Shown here in pieces: positions 25,111 to 38,535 of a stretch of DNA of 64,000 nucleotides. The DNA lies in assembly GCF_018350175.1 (NCBI RefSeq), contig NC_058368.1:93870001-93934000 (forward strand), read 5' to 3'. Each line of letters begins with the position of its first letter. Within the stretch, counting starts at the first letter, position 1. The position numbers and the translations under genes are program-made. The notes under the pieces were generated by a model. The model worked only from the letters and a program-made list of their open reading frames with translations. It had not been told where the DNA came from and ran no database searches. The stretch is from Felis catus (lineage: Eukaryota).

Positions 25111-25656
25111 CCACCCCCCTGTGTACCAGTTTTAAAACTTAAATTTCTAGTATAGTTTTGTCCTAAGCAAGAATACTCCCAAATATTAGGTTTGAGCACT
25201 AGTTATGTTTTTCCTTACACACATTAAAACATGCATATGCACCATCAAAATGAAAAACGCTATTATTTAAAATACCCTAGGGGGAAAAAAAGATAGAACA
25301 GGATTGGAAAATACTCCAGAAAAAAAATAAGAGAGAACAACATTGGCAAAACATTGATCATTATGAAACCAGATATTGAGTACCTGGGGCTGTACCATTG
25401 TCTCATTTCATGTGTCTTTGACATTTTCATGATAGTTTAAAAAATAAAATAAAACAAACTTATCAAATCTGGAGGTGGGGAGGGGAATGTTCTCACGCAG
25501 AGACCTAAAACCATCTCACATTCCCCAGAGAAGCTGTCACACTCTAGGAAACACTATCCCATAATATCTACTAGAAGGTGAGTATCATGGGGACAGACAC
25601 TCAGGCTTCATTCTTTCACGTGGGTTGCATCCCCTGTGCTTAGAATAGTAAGTCAC

Positions 25657-25883
25657 GGGGGCGCCTGGGTGGCGCAGTCGGTTAAGCGTCCGACTTCAGC
25701 CAGGTCACGATCTCGAGGTCCGTGAGTTCGAGCCCCGCATCAGGCTCTGGGCTGATGGCTCGGAGCCTGGAGCCTGTTTCCGATTCTGTGTCTCCCTCTC
25801 TCTCTGCCCCTCCCCTGTTCATGCTCTGTCTCTCTCTGTCCCAAAAATAAATAAAAAACGTTGAAAAAAAAATTTAGAAAAAA
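25657..25883 (+). mobile_element. Young SINEC_Fc
   Basis: TSD agaa(t/c)agtaagtcac. Confidence 0.96.
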
Positions 25884-26859
25884 AGAACAGTAAGTCACAG
25901 ATGTAAATGCCCAACTTAAGTTTGCCGAATTGATGAATGAGTGATTATCAAGCTTCTCATCACCCTTGTGGCTTCCAGCTGTGTCTCCGTGGATGCCCTA
26001 TAACTGCTAACTCTCCCTAGAGCAGGCAATAAATTAACTCGGAAATTTTCACCCCAAAATGATTGGGGTTGCACAAACAGGCCTCATCTGAGGAGCTCTC
26101 TCTGTTTTTCTTTTATTGCTACACCATTTGGCTTCTGTTATTGTGAAAAACACCTAGTAAGTTTCAGCGAAAGTCCACAATCGTATATGGTGGGCACTGG
26201 GCATTTTCTTCTAAGTGAGGCCAAATGTCTTAAACGCTATTACCTGGCCACTGGCTTTTATGTCTTCTGTCAGAGAATCCCTTGCCGGGTGCTGCTGAGA
26301 AAAGTTTTATAACCAGTGTCTTCAGCAGCGTTAAGTGCTATCAGCCTGGGAAAAGAAGGAAGGAACGAGGTGGTCTCAGGAGCCAGAAATGACCCTGTGC
26401 TTTAGGAGTCTGACGTGTGCCTCCACTCCAACATGGACTGTGCCTGTTCTAAGCCGCTGGGGAGCACATCCTCTCCCTCTCACGCCTGGAGCACAGCCAA
26501 TGCTACCTACTCTCTGAAGATACTCTCTGGGGTATTCTGAGATCAGATTCTGGTACCAAATTAGGTGTCTCAATTAAGGGTTGAATATACTAGAAGTCTA
26601 AATCTATCCAGGAGGAGAGAAAGACCTGGGTGGCATCGCTTTTTGTGTATATAATTAAAAGGCGGTGAGAGTGTGCTCCTTTATTAGACACAGCAATTAG
26701 CATTATGCAAAGATACTGTTTCAATTATAACACCATTTTTTTTTTCCTTTGCTGGGGGATACGTGCCAAATTTCTATTAAATATCTGCATACCTTCTGAC
26801 TCTTCTTATGTATTCAGTGTAACTCCTTTGAATACAGCAACAATAAAAGCGATCATACA

Positions 26860-27085
26860 GGGGCACCTGGGTGGCTCAGTCGGTTAAGCATCTGACTCCT
26901 GATCTCGGCTCAGGTCATGATCTCACGGTTTGTGAGTTCAAGCCCTGTGTTGGGCTCTGCTCTGACAGCAAGGAGCCTGTTTGGGATTTTCTCTCTCCCT
27001 CTCTCTCTCTGCCCCTCCACCGTGCAACAGCCCTCTCTCTCTCTGTCTCAAATAACATAAATAAACATTTTTTAAAAAAAAAAAT
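26860..27085 (+). mobile_element. CAN-SINE
   Basis: Full SINEC. Confidence 0.94.
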
Positions 27086-27139
27086 TCAAAGAGATTATAT
27101 GACTAACTTAAAGATCCCAAATATCAGAAACAATTTTTA

Positions 27140-27359
27140 TTTAAAAAAAAATTTTTTTTTCAACGTTTATTTATTTTTGGGACAGAGAGAGAGCATGAAC
27201 GGGGGAGGGGCAGAGAGAGAGGGAGACACAGAATCGGAAACAGGCTCCAGGCTCTGAGCCATCAGCCCAGAGCCTGACGTGGGGCTCGAACTCACGGACC
27301 GCGAGATCGTGACCTGGCTGAAGTCGGACGCTTAACCGACTGCGCCACCCAGGCGCCCC
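27140..27359 (-). mobile_element. Young SINEC_Fc
   Basis: TSD cagaaacaattttta. Confidence 0.96.
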
Positions 27360-28009
27360 CAGAAACAATTTTTAAAAAGTCTGAGCAATTAGAGCAAACA
27401 TTCCACTTTACTGCCACGAAATACAAATACAGAAATTATGCTTCTACTCCCCCAATCTCTACTCTGGAAAAAGCTTTCTCTCTCTGCTTATGGGATGAGA
27501 ACAATGCATCACGTCATTTTTATGGAACTTTCTGAGAAGTGACGTGGACGCAGGGTTGGAGGCCCTGGAGCCTTCTAATTAGGATTACTTCCATATGATC
27601 CACGTTCAGATGCTGAACTGAGCCAAATGGACCACCCAAGACAAAGCTGAGGAGGCAACTGTTCCATGGCTTGTGTCTTAAATTAAACCTAAAGCATCTT
27701 TCCGAGGAAGTGATCAGCAGTCAGCATAAAAATCCTACATGGAAATCAAGTAGAGGAGTGGCCCACTGACAAATGAAAAGGGGCTTAACGTCACTCGTTT
27801 GAAGGAATTAAAGGTAAATGTGTCCTTTCTCACCTCTCTGCTGGCCTGCTGAGATAGCCTGCTAACAGCAGAGCAACATTCTTGCAGAATTCTCCTTCCA
27901 TTTGTGCAGGCAGAGCAATCTTTTAAAAACAGAAAATCAAGTTGTCTTTCCACTGCTTGAAACCTGTCTTCCCAGTTCACTTCCCAGGTTGGTTTGTTTG
28001 AGTTTTAAA

Positions 28010-28240
28010 ATTTATTTATTTTTGAGAGAGTCGGTGGGGAGTCGGGGGGGGGGTGGGAGGCAAGGAGTGAATGAGCTAGAGAGGGGCTGAGGGAGAGAGA
28101 GGGAGACAGAGTATCCCAAGCAGGCTCTGCGGCTCAGCACAGAGCCGGATGCAGGGCTCCAACTCATGACTTGTGAGATCATGATCAGAGCTGAAACCAA
28201 GAGTCAGAGGCTTAACCCACTGAGCCCCCCAGGCATTCCC
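28010..28240 (-). mobile_element. CAN-SINE
   Basis: Reverse SINEC. Confidence 0.9.
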
Positions 28241-28434
28241 CGCCGCCGCCCCCCCCCCTGTATATTTAAATACAAGCTGCAACATACTTTAACATAAATC
28301 GAATATAAATTACATGGGGCTGCAACATTTTGCATTTACAACGTCTTAGAAATCTTTTCACGTTAGCACACGGAGATCGCTCTCTTTGTAGCCTACGAAG
28401 TGCTAGACAGGCTACTGCTCCCTTGTCTACTTTC

Positions 28435-28626
28435 TTTTTTTGTTATTATTTTTTTTAAACGTTTTATTTATTTTTGAGAGAGAGCACAAGTGGGGGAGGG
28501 GCAGAGAGAGGGGGACAGAGGAGCCCTAGCAACTCTGCACTGATGTGGGGCTTGAACTCACCAACCAGGAAATCATGACTTAAGCGGAAGTCGTAAGCTC
28601 AACCGGCTGGGCCACCCAGGTGCCCC
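28435..28626 (-). mobile_element. CAN-SINE
   Basis: Reverse SINEC. Confidence 0.9.
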
Positions 28627-28629
28627 AGG

Positions 28630-29975
<1,346 letters not shown>

Positions 29976-31229
29976 GGACACATGCCGGCTGGCAGTTAGC
30001 AAGATGAACAGAATCTCTTCTTCTTTTCGTTTACAAGTTCCTTGTTCTAAGTACTCCGCCATGTACGAATTCCTTGAAAGTTATATTAGTTGCGTTTCTG
30101 TGGATGTTACTTTGTTATTTTGTAAGGATCCGCCAAATGAGTCTCATGCTGAAACTTGTCTTTGGAGATTTCCTGGTGTGTTTCATCCAGCTATGGGGGC
30201 GCAATTCAAAATGTCCAAGCTTAAAAAATTCTCTTAGAGCAAGATTAAAAGAGCAATTGGTAGCAATAGGACTTTTGTTCAGGAGGAAAAAGTGATTGAT
30301 TTCCTATTTTTCTGGAAAAGTAAAAAATTACATTATACGAATTTGGAGAAAGTATCTAATTAATAAGAGGCTTTTGTATAGCCAGATGCCAACCCCCCCC
30401 CCCCCAAAAAAAAACAACAAAAACAAAAAAAACCACAACATTTCCAGCACATGGGGCATGGTTTTGTGAGATGCTGTATCTATAAAATTCTGTATGTATA
30501 AATTCAGATAAAAATAGCTGGATTTATAAATTCAGTACGGAATGCAAATTTACTATTGCCTTATTTAAACTAAGAAACCTACAAGGTGGCTGTATAAACT
30601 GCATTTATTTTGTTAAACATACTTTCAGTTTACTCAGAATTTTCAAGTTGCTATAAAAATGTATCACATAACATTTAGGAAAATATTACTTTGATATGAC
30701 TTGTTTTCTCCTGAAAATACATGAGCGCTGAGGGATATAACTTATGTTAGAAATTGACATTATGATACAAGCTCTTGGATAAGTACCAGAGTTGAATGAA
30801 TTTTCCTAAGTGAAAATGTAAATGACATGTTGCATTTTCAGAGGTTACTCAGTTAAGAAATGTGTCTTTAGGATCTGCTTGCCAGTTCTTCTGATCATTC
30901 TGCCTTGAAGAGTAACAAAGTACTTAAAAATAAGAAGAAAAACTTATAACACGATGTAAAATACACATACTTTGTCCTCAGAAGATAGAAATAAATCAAG
31001 CATCCCTGGTGGGAAATTTCCTTGACAATATAGCAGCCATAACGAGTAAGCAGGTGTAGCAATGAAAAAGTTTTATATGAGAGGGAAAAAGGACCAGGAA
31101 AAGTAATTCAGTTTGCTGAGGTTGGAGTTCTTTATTCCTGACCAAAGAAGTTGATACCTGGGAGTGTTCACATACATCCTCTCTTAAGGGGAAAAAAATC
31201 CTGCCAGTGTCTGTAATCTGACCAGCCAT

Positions 31230-31259
31230 TAAAAAAATTTTTTTTAATATTTATTTAGA

Positions 31260-31290
<31 letters not shown>

Positions 31291-31470
31291 TGTGTGTGAG
31301 TGAGCAAGGGGGGGGGGGCAGATAGAGAGAGGGAGACACAGAATCTGAAGCAGGCTCCAGGTTCTGAGCTGTCATCAGGGAGCCCGACGTGGGGGTCAAG
31401 CCAGGGAACCAAGAGATCATGACCTGAGCTGAAGTCGAGGACTTAACTGACTGAGCCACTCAGGTGCCCC
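31230..31470 (-). mobile_element. CAN-SINE with (TG)n, inside the AK3 3'UTR
   Basis: TSD tgac(c/t)agccatt. Confidence 0.94.
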
Positions 31471-31769
31471 ATGACTAGCCATTTTTAAATCATTATTCTA
31501 GATTCCTGCCTGGCATTGGGAAGACACATGCTTATGTAGCGTTGCCTGGTAGGAGTGGGCAGTAAGAGAGGTAGAGGAGAAACACAACTATATCTTCTTT
31601 ACTGTTAATTTCAGTTGGTGCTAAATCAAATGAAACAAGTCCTTGCACCCGCTGTTATTAACAGCCTTTGAAAATGGGGCCTATTTTACTCCAAGCACTC
31701 AAAATACAAATACCAGCAAGTGTTCTATATCTAGGAGAAAAACTTCTCTTTCTGTTCGATGGATTTTTC

Positions 31770-32000
31770 TTTTTTTAGATATTTTTTTAAATGTTTGTTT
31801 ATTTTTGAGAGATAGAGCGAAAGCAGGGGAGGGGCAGAGAGAGAGAGAAAGAGAGAGAGAGGGAGACACAGAATCCGAAGCAGGCTCCAGGCTCTGAGCT
31901 GTCAGCACAGAGCCTCATGCAGGGCTCAAACCCACAAACTGCAAGATCATGACCTGAGCTGAAGTTGGAGGCTTAACCGACTTGAGCCACCCAGGCGCCC
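31770..32000 (-). mobile_element. CAN-SINE inside the AK3 3'UTR
   Basis: Reverse SINEC. Confidence 0.94.
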
Positions 32001-32070
32001 AATTGTATTTTTCATTTGTTGTCAATTTTTCAAAAGGGACCAAGACTTTTGAAAAGGGTTAAGGAATACA

Positions 32071-32193
32071 GGGGCATCTAGGTGGCTCAGTCAGTTGAGC
32101 AACTGAGTCTTGATTTCAGCTCAGGTCATGATCCCAGGGTCATGGGATTGAGCTCCATATCAGGCTCCGCACTGAGCATGGAACCTGCTTAAG

Positions 32194-32241
<48 letters not shown>

Positions 32242-32487
32242 AATAATTTAGGGGTGTCTGGGTACCCCAGTCTGTTAAGCATCCGGCTTTGGCTCAGGTC
32301 ACGATCTTGTGGTCCCCTTGGGTTTGAGACCTGTGTCGGGCTCTGTGCTGACAGCTCAGAGCCTGGAGCCTGCTTCGGATTCTGTGTCTCCCTCTCTCTC
32401 TGCCCCTCCCCCACTCACACTCTGTCTCTCTCGCTCTCAAAAATAAACATTTAAAATTTTTTTAAATAATTTAAAAAATAAATAAAA
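32071..32487 (+). mobile_element. Two tandem CAN-SINEs inside the AK3 3'UTR
   Basis: Heads at 32071 and 32251. Confidence 0.93.
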
Positions 32488-32764
32488 GTGCTATGGAAAA
32501 CATTTAATTCTTCTTAATACTTTCTATAACGACTCACTCAGATACTATGGGCTTTCCAGAGAAGTGAACTACCAAAACTCTGAGCTATCACTAGTCACTA
32601 GGTTACAAAACACACATTCATCTTCGTTATACTAAAATTACATTTCAGAAAAAAAAGATGTTTCATCTGCTGGCTCAAGGATCAAATTTTAATCTCCCTG
32701 ACTCTTCTAGTTGATTTATTTGTGACTGCTTTATCCTCACACGTCAGAGAAATTTGCTGATGCT

Positions 32765-33160
32765 TATTTATTTTTTTAATTGAAGCAGAGTTGACGTATA
32801 ATATTAGCGTCAGGCATACAGCACGGCAGTTTGACAATTCTGTACATTCCGCAATGCTCACCACAAAAAGCATGGTCACCATACAATGTTATTGCGATAT
32901 TGCTGACTATATTCACTACGTCGTACTTTTCATCCACGTGACTTAATCTTACAGCTGGAAGTTTGTACGTTTCCATCCCCTCTGCCAATTTTGCCCATCC
33001 CCACATCCCCCTCCCCTCTGGCAATCACCAGTCTGTTGGATTTATGAGACTGTTTCTGCTTTTTGTTTGTTCATTTGTTTTGTTTTTTAGATTCCACATT
33101 TGAGTGAAATCATATAGGATTTGTCTTTGTGAAGTCATAAGGTATTTGTCTCTGTCTGGC
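32765..33160 (-). mobile_element. Older L1 3' end
   Basis: ttagattccacatttgagtgaaatcata, ccctctggcaatcacca. Confidence 0.85.
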
Positions 33161-33952
33161 TTTTTCTTGATTCCTCTTTTGCTTGCTCTATTCTTTATCT
33201 TGCCTGGGTGTTGTGTATTTTGTGGAGTTTGTTGTCTTTTGTAGTGTTGGTCTTTCTCCAATGTGTGGTGATCTTGACTCTTTGATCTTCTATCTAGTTG
33301 AGATTCTCCATTAGTCTGTATTCTCTGTCAGTGGGTGTGATCTGCTTAGGGAGATTGCTGGTCTGAATTGGACTGCCCTCAGGGACAATGAAGGGTAAGC
33401 CACTGGGTGAGATTTCGCTGGGGTGTTCAGATCTACCCTATTCCCCTGGCAATGGTCAGCCCTAAGACACATGGCCATGCCCATCTAATTTGGGCTCCCT
33501 GGCTATGACTCCTACAGGAAGGCTGACATTTTGTCACAGCTGTTGAAGTCAAGAGAAGACAGAAGGGCTTCAGTGGAGGATGAATCGTTGGCCCCACCTG
33601 CAGCAGCAGCCCAAGGACCTCCATGTTGATTGTCTTTGATACCCTCCTGCTCCTGGTGTCTGCCACCTTTGAGGATGGAGCAGGCTTGATGTTCCCTGTA
33701 CCTTTCCAACCATCATCTTCTGTGTGCATTTTAGATTGGGCTTTCTGTCTTTGCATCAATCCACTCTACATGCCATATTTCAGGATCTATCCTGGTTTCT
33801 GGTTCACTGAAAGTTTCACTTCTTACTAAGGATCATCAGTTAAGACTCTTGCTGCAGGAGGGAAGAAATTGTAGGACTAAGTAGGATAGTTAGTCCACCA
33901 TCCTGAAATGGAACCAGAATTCTTTGTCCATCCTCAAAATATATGAGTCACC

Positions 33953-34360
33953 AGAGTGGCAGCTTTTAACTTGGGCTGCACAGTAGAATCATCTGGGGAG
34001 CTTTAAGACAACATTGATACACCAGCCATTTGGATTGAATTATCAGGTGTGTGGGGAGGGGGAGCAGAATCATGGTCATTGCTATGTTTACTGTATTTTG
34101 AAAGATCCCTAGGGGTGCCTGGGTGGCTCGGTGGGTTAAGCGTCCAGCTCTTGGTTTCAGCTCAGGTCATGATCTTGCAGTTGGGGGGTGGAGCCCTGCG
34201 TCAGGCTCTGCACTGATAGCAAGAAGCCTGCTTGGGATTCTCTTTCTCTCCCTCTCTTTCTGCCCCACCCCTGCTTATGCCCTCTCTCTCTCAAGAGAAA
34301 TAAATTAACTTTAAAAAATTATTTAAAAAAATAAAATAATAAAAAAGCTCCCTAGCTTTT
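33953..34360 (+). mobile_element. MER5-like hAT fossil containing a CAN-SINE (about 34112-34345)
   Basis: ttgggctgcacagtagaatcatctggggagcttt; SINEC head at 34112. Confidence 0.75.
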
Positions 34361-35058
34361 ACAAGTCATATCCTAAAGTGCTGAGTGGATTAACTCTAAG
34401 AGCACCAGCCTCCAAATCGGTATTCAGAAGAGATTCAGAACCACCTGGCACTATCACCACCTGGAACTTACATCATAAAAGGCTCTGTCCCCCTTGTCAC
34501 TCCCCCCACCCCCTACAAATGAATATTTAAGCAATGAATATTTTTATCATTTTATCATCAATCATTACCATGGATGATAGGTTTCATTTCTCACTTTATC
34601 TGTGTTGCTGATCAAATGCCACATTAAATGTCACCCTCATTAGCTGGGTTTTTGGAAGCCTGCTTAAATAAACACCTTTTCCTGTGTGGCTAGTTGGTCA
34701 AGTTCTCTGATGTCTCTATGGCATTTCAACTCAGCTAATGAGGTTCATTTTCCAGTGCACGGGTTGTGGAACCAACTGGCAATGAAATCATGATATATGG
34801 GTTTGATGTTGTCTAATCTTCAACAGTGTTTATTTGGTTCTAACTAAAATCCTGGGGTGGGGGGGAGGTCAATTAAATGGACACTGAAGATGAAGGAACC
34901 CAAAACACAATGTGTTTGTCTGAAAAACAGCTACATTTTATCTTAGGAAATAACATAAACTTAGTACACTGAAATGGGAACACATCTCTGGGCAACTGTG
35001 GGATGTCCTTATTCTCTCCAATTAGGCCAATGATCGAGGTCTAGGTCCTTGGTCTTCT

Positions 35059-35262
35059 AAAAAAATTTTTTAATTTTTTATTTTTGAGAGAGACAGAGAC
35101 AGAGACAGAGACAGAGTTCGAGTAGGGGAGGGGCAGAGAGAGAGGGAGACACAGAATCCGAAGCAGTCTCCAGGCTCTGAGCTGTCAGCACAGAGCCTGA
35201 CGTGGGGCTTGAACTCGTGAACTGCGAGATCACGACCTAAGCCGAAGCCGGACACTCAACCC
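35059..35262 (-). mobile_element. 5'-truncated CAN-SINE
   Basis: TSD ctaggtcc(t/c)tggtcttct. Confidence 0.94.
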
Positions 35263-35579
35263 CTAGGTCCCTGGTCTTCTGAGGTCCTTGCACACTTTTC
35301 GTGGGGGACCATCTAGACAACCTTACAGTAGTGCCTTCTCCAGAAAGAGCAGGCAAACAGCAGGTATGCAGAATAAATAATGGGTCTGAACAGAGTGCAG
35401 CTGGGGAGTAAGTATGAGGAAGAAGGAAAGAACACTGAAGACACATGTAGGAAGACTTTGAATATGACACAGGGACACCACCCTCAGCAAGCTGAGAAAG
35501 TGTGCGTAATATCAAGAGACTAGAAAACATATTCAAAATTGGTGGTGGTAGTGTGAGTACTCAAAAAGACTGGGATTTT

Positions 35580-35804
35580 CTCTCTCTCTCTCTCTCTCTG
35601 TCTTTCAATGTTTATTTGTTTTTGAGAGAGAGAAAGCACACACAGGGGGAGGGGCAGAGAGAGAGGGAGATCGAGGATACCAAGCAGGCTCCATGCTGTC
35701 AGCACAGAGCCTGATGCAGGGCTCAGACTCACAAATGGAGAGATCATGACCTGAGCTGAAATCAAGAGTTGGACACTTAACAGACTGAGCCACCCAGGTA
35801 CCCC
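35580..35804 (-). mobile_element. CAN-SINE
   Basis: TSD tgggattttct. Confidence 0.94.
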
Positions 35805-36582
35805 AAGGATTGGGATTTTCTATAAGTAATCAGAATGTGTGTTTAATGGAGCAGACATCAGGCCACATGGATACCGAATTTGGCTATTGTCAAAGTGGAA
35901 GCCTTTGGGAATTGATCAGCTATCCTCCTGAGCCAGCATTTCCAAGATGGCAAACATGCACCCAGTCACGATTCTTTGGGTAAAGGAAGAAGCCACCAAG
36001 TAGAAAAAAGTAGGAGGAAATTAGGTTAGAGGTTGACTGGAAAGACTCAGAAGAGAATGGGCAATTGATTATTCAGTAGGACACGGGATTTGAGGGTGGA
36101 TTGCATTAGAAGGAAATCTCTGGAACGAAGAAAGAAATCACAAAAATATGGACAAGAGGATTGATGGAATTGTGGTAGGAGAAAAGGAACAGACCCAAGC
36201 CTAGTGGCAATGAGCTCTAGTTCTGTTTTCTCAATGTTTTTATTTCTCCTGATGAAAAATGAAAAATCAGTCCTACTATATCCCTTGAGCACTGGGACAT
36301 TGGTAAGAACCATTAACCTGGGTAAGTAAAGAGGGCCCCGTAAATTACTTTGAAGCAAATGAAGTCTTACTGGGGTTTCCATCTAGCAAGAATAGGGTGT
36401 GCCTCCTGTTGTCATTACCATTTGGAATGGCCAGTTCACGAGGCTCTCAAAGGTGGGAACAGCCCATGCAATGTGTGATCGTTTCAGAAATCTTTTGAGA
36501 ACCCATGAAAATCTCTAGCAAGTTTAACAATCCTAGAATCTTCCTTTTCTTGATCTCCCTAACAGCTCTCTCAGAAGTTAAC

Positions 36583-36621
<39 letters not shown>

Positions 36622-36804
36622 CCTATCTATCTACCTTTGGGAGTGTTGTAAGCAAGGTAGGGGCAGAGAGAGGGGGAAAGAGGGTTCAAAGCGGGTTCTG
36701 CACTGACAGCAGTGAGCCCAGTGCGGGGCTTGAACCCACACACCGTGAGATCATGACCTGAGCTGAAGTCGGACGCTCAACCGATTGAGCCTCCCAGGTG
36801 CCCC
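36583..36804 (-). mobile_element. CAN-SINE with (TTTA)n
   Basis: TSD aagttaac. Confidence 0.93.
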
Positions 36805-38067
36805 AAAAGTTAACAAATTGAAGCAGTGAGGCATCCAGATGACATTTCTGTAAGTATACGGAGCGTGGGCCCAGAGTTAGCCTTTCCAAGTGCCAACAAG
36901 GCAAGATTCAGGCTATCGCAAAGACAGTCTCACAGCACAGTTTTCAACTGAGGGGTTTGTTAATAGCTCTCTTGTCACTTGAAACGCCCTTGCGAAATGC
37001 AGTAGCCAGGAACGTTCAGGAGATGAAATCTTACCAGGAAGTCGTCGGGACTGCTGAGTCCCAGAGAGGTACCACGTGCTGGCCAATGCTGCTTCTGCAC
37101 TTGTGGTCCCAGGGGGAGGGAGATGTCAAGTTCTCAAAACCAAAACCAAACTCAAACCAACAACTCTAACAACAAGAGCAGCAACGCATAAGAACAATTC
37201 ACATCCCGTTTGTAAGAACAATTCAGATCCCTTTCGGGGACACTGTCCTTCTATTTGGATGGCTTTGTGCTCCCAGCTCCCTATTGGATATGCTGTTTGC
37301 TCTTTTGTTTCCCTTAAACCATGATTTGCTGTTTCGGGAAAATTAAAAAAAGCCCTCCTATTGCCCACAAGTCCTTCCTCTTCGTCTAAGTCACAGTAAG
37401 GCTCAGAATCATCTCAGAAGACTTAACACAGTGACTGAGAACTCATTATAGAATAAAAATGAAGGATATAAGAGGGTGGAGGGAGTGATGCTGTCTATAG
37501 CATGGATGGGGGTGAGGTGGGATGTGGGAGAGCCAGGAGGGAGGTCAAGAAAATGGTCCAGAAAAGGAGGTGGATGGAGAAGCTTCTGCCGCCCATCCGC
37601 CTAGGGCAAGGCTGAGTGGTGATTAGATGTCTTTCTTGGTTCAGGAAAACCTTCCTCCTCACCCCCTACAGAGCAATTGCTAAAAGTTTTCTCTGATACA
37701 ACAGGCACTTGCCATGCGTAATCCTTAGGGGTGACTAAGCTTTTGTTGCACTGGTATTTTGCAATACTTCTAAGCAACTGCTTCCTTCCTCCTTGTACTG
37801 AAGCATCTGCTCCCAGGAAAGAATGTCCATTCTGGGCTCTGAGGCACTGCAGCTGAGGATTGCCTGGAGTGAGCTCATCACTGCCTCTGTGACGTCTTCC
37901 GTGCATTTGCAGACAGTCGTGTGATCACTCTTCAGTGACCTAAAGCTGAACAGCCAGCTGAGCATTATGACACTGGTAGCTTTAGAACCTAGCTAGTGGT
38001 GTCACAATCAGCATGAGCTATCAGGTAAACATTCATGGGAACGTCATGAGAACATGTTCACACAGCT

Positions 38068-38091
38068 GTGCGTGTGTGTGTGTGTGTGTGT
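38068..38091. repeat. (TG)n microsatellite
   Basis: Visible. Confidence 0.9.
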
Positions 38092-38148
38092 CAGGGTGGG
38101 GGCACAGGTACCTTATTTCCAAACTTACGTCTAAAAGTGAAAATCCCT

Positions 38149-38535
38149 GGGCCTGGGTGGCTCAGTCAGTTAAGCCTCTGGCTCTTGGTCTCAGCTCAGG
38201 TCATAATCTCACAGTTCGTGAGTTTGAGCCCCGCATCTGTCAGTGTGTAGCCTGCTTGGTCTCTCTCTCTCTCTCTCTCAAAATAAATAAATAAATAAAG
38301 CTGTAAAAAATTCTTTAAAAATAAATAAAAATGTAAAAATCCCTGGGGCACCTGGGTGTCAGTTGGTTAAGCATCGGACTCCTGACTTTGGCTCAGGTCA
38401 TAATCTCACAGTTTGTGAGTTCAAGCCCCTCAATGGACTCTACACCGACAGTGTGCATTCTCTTTCTCACTCTCTCTGCCCCTTCTCTACTTTGTCTCTC
38501 TTTCTCTCTCTCAAAATAAATAAAAACAAAAAAGG
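38149..38535 (+). mobile_element. Two tandem CAN-SINEs
   Basis: Heads at about 38149 and 38345, each preceded by aaaatccct. Confidence 0.92.
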
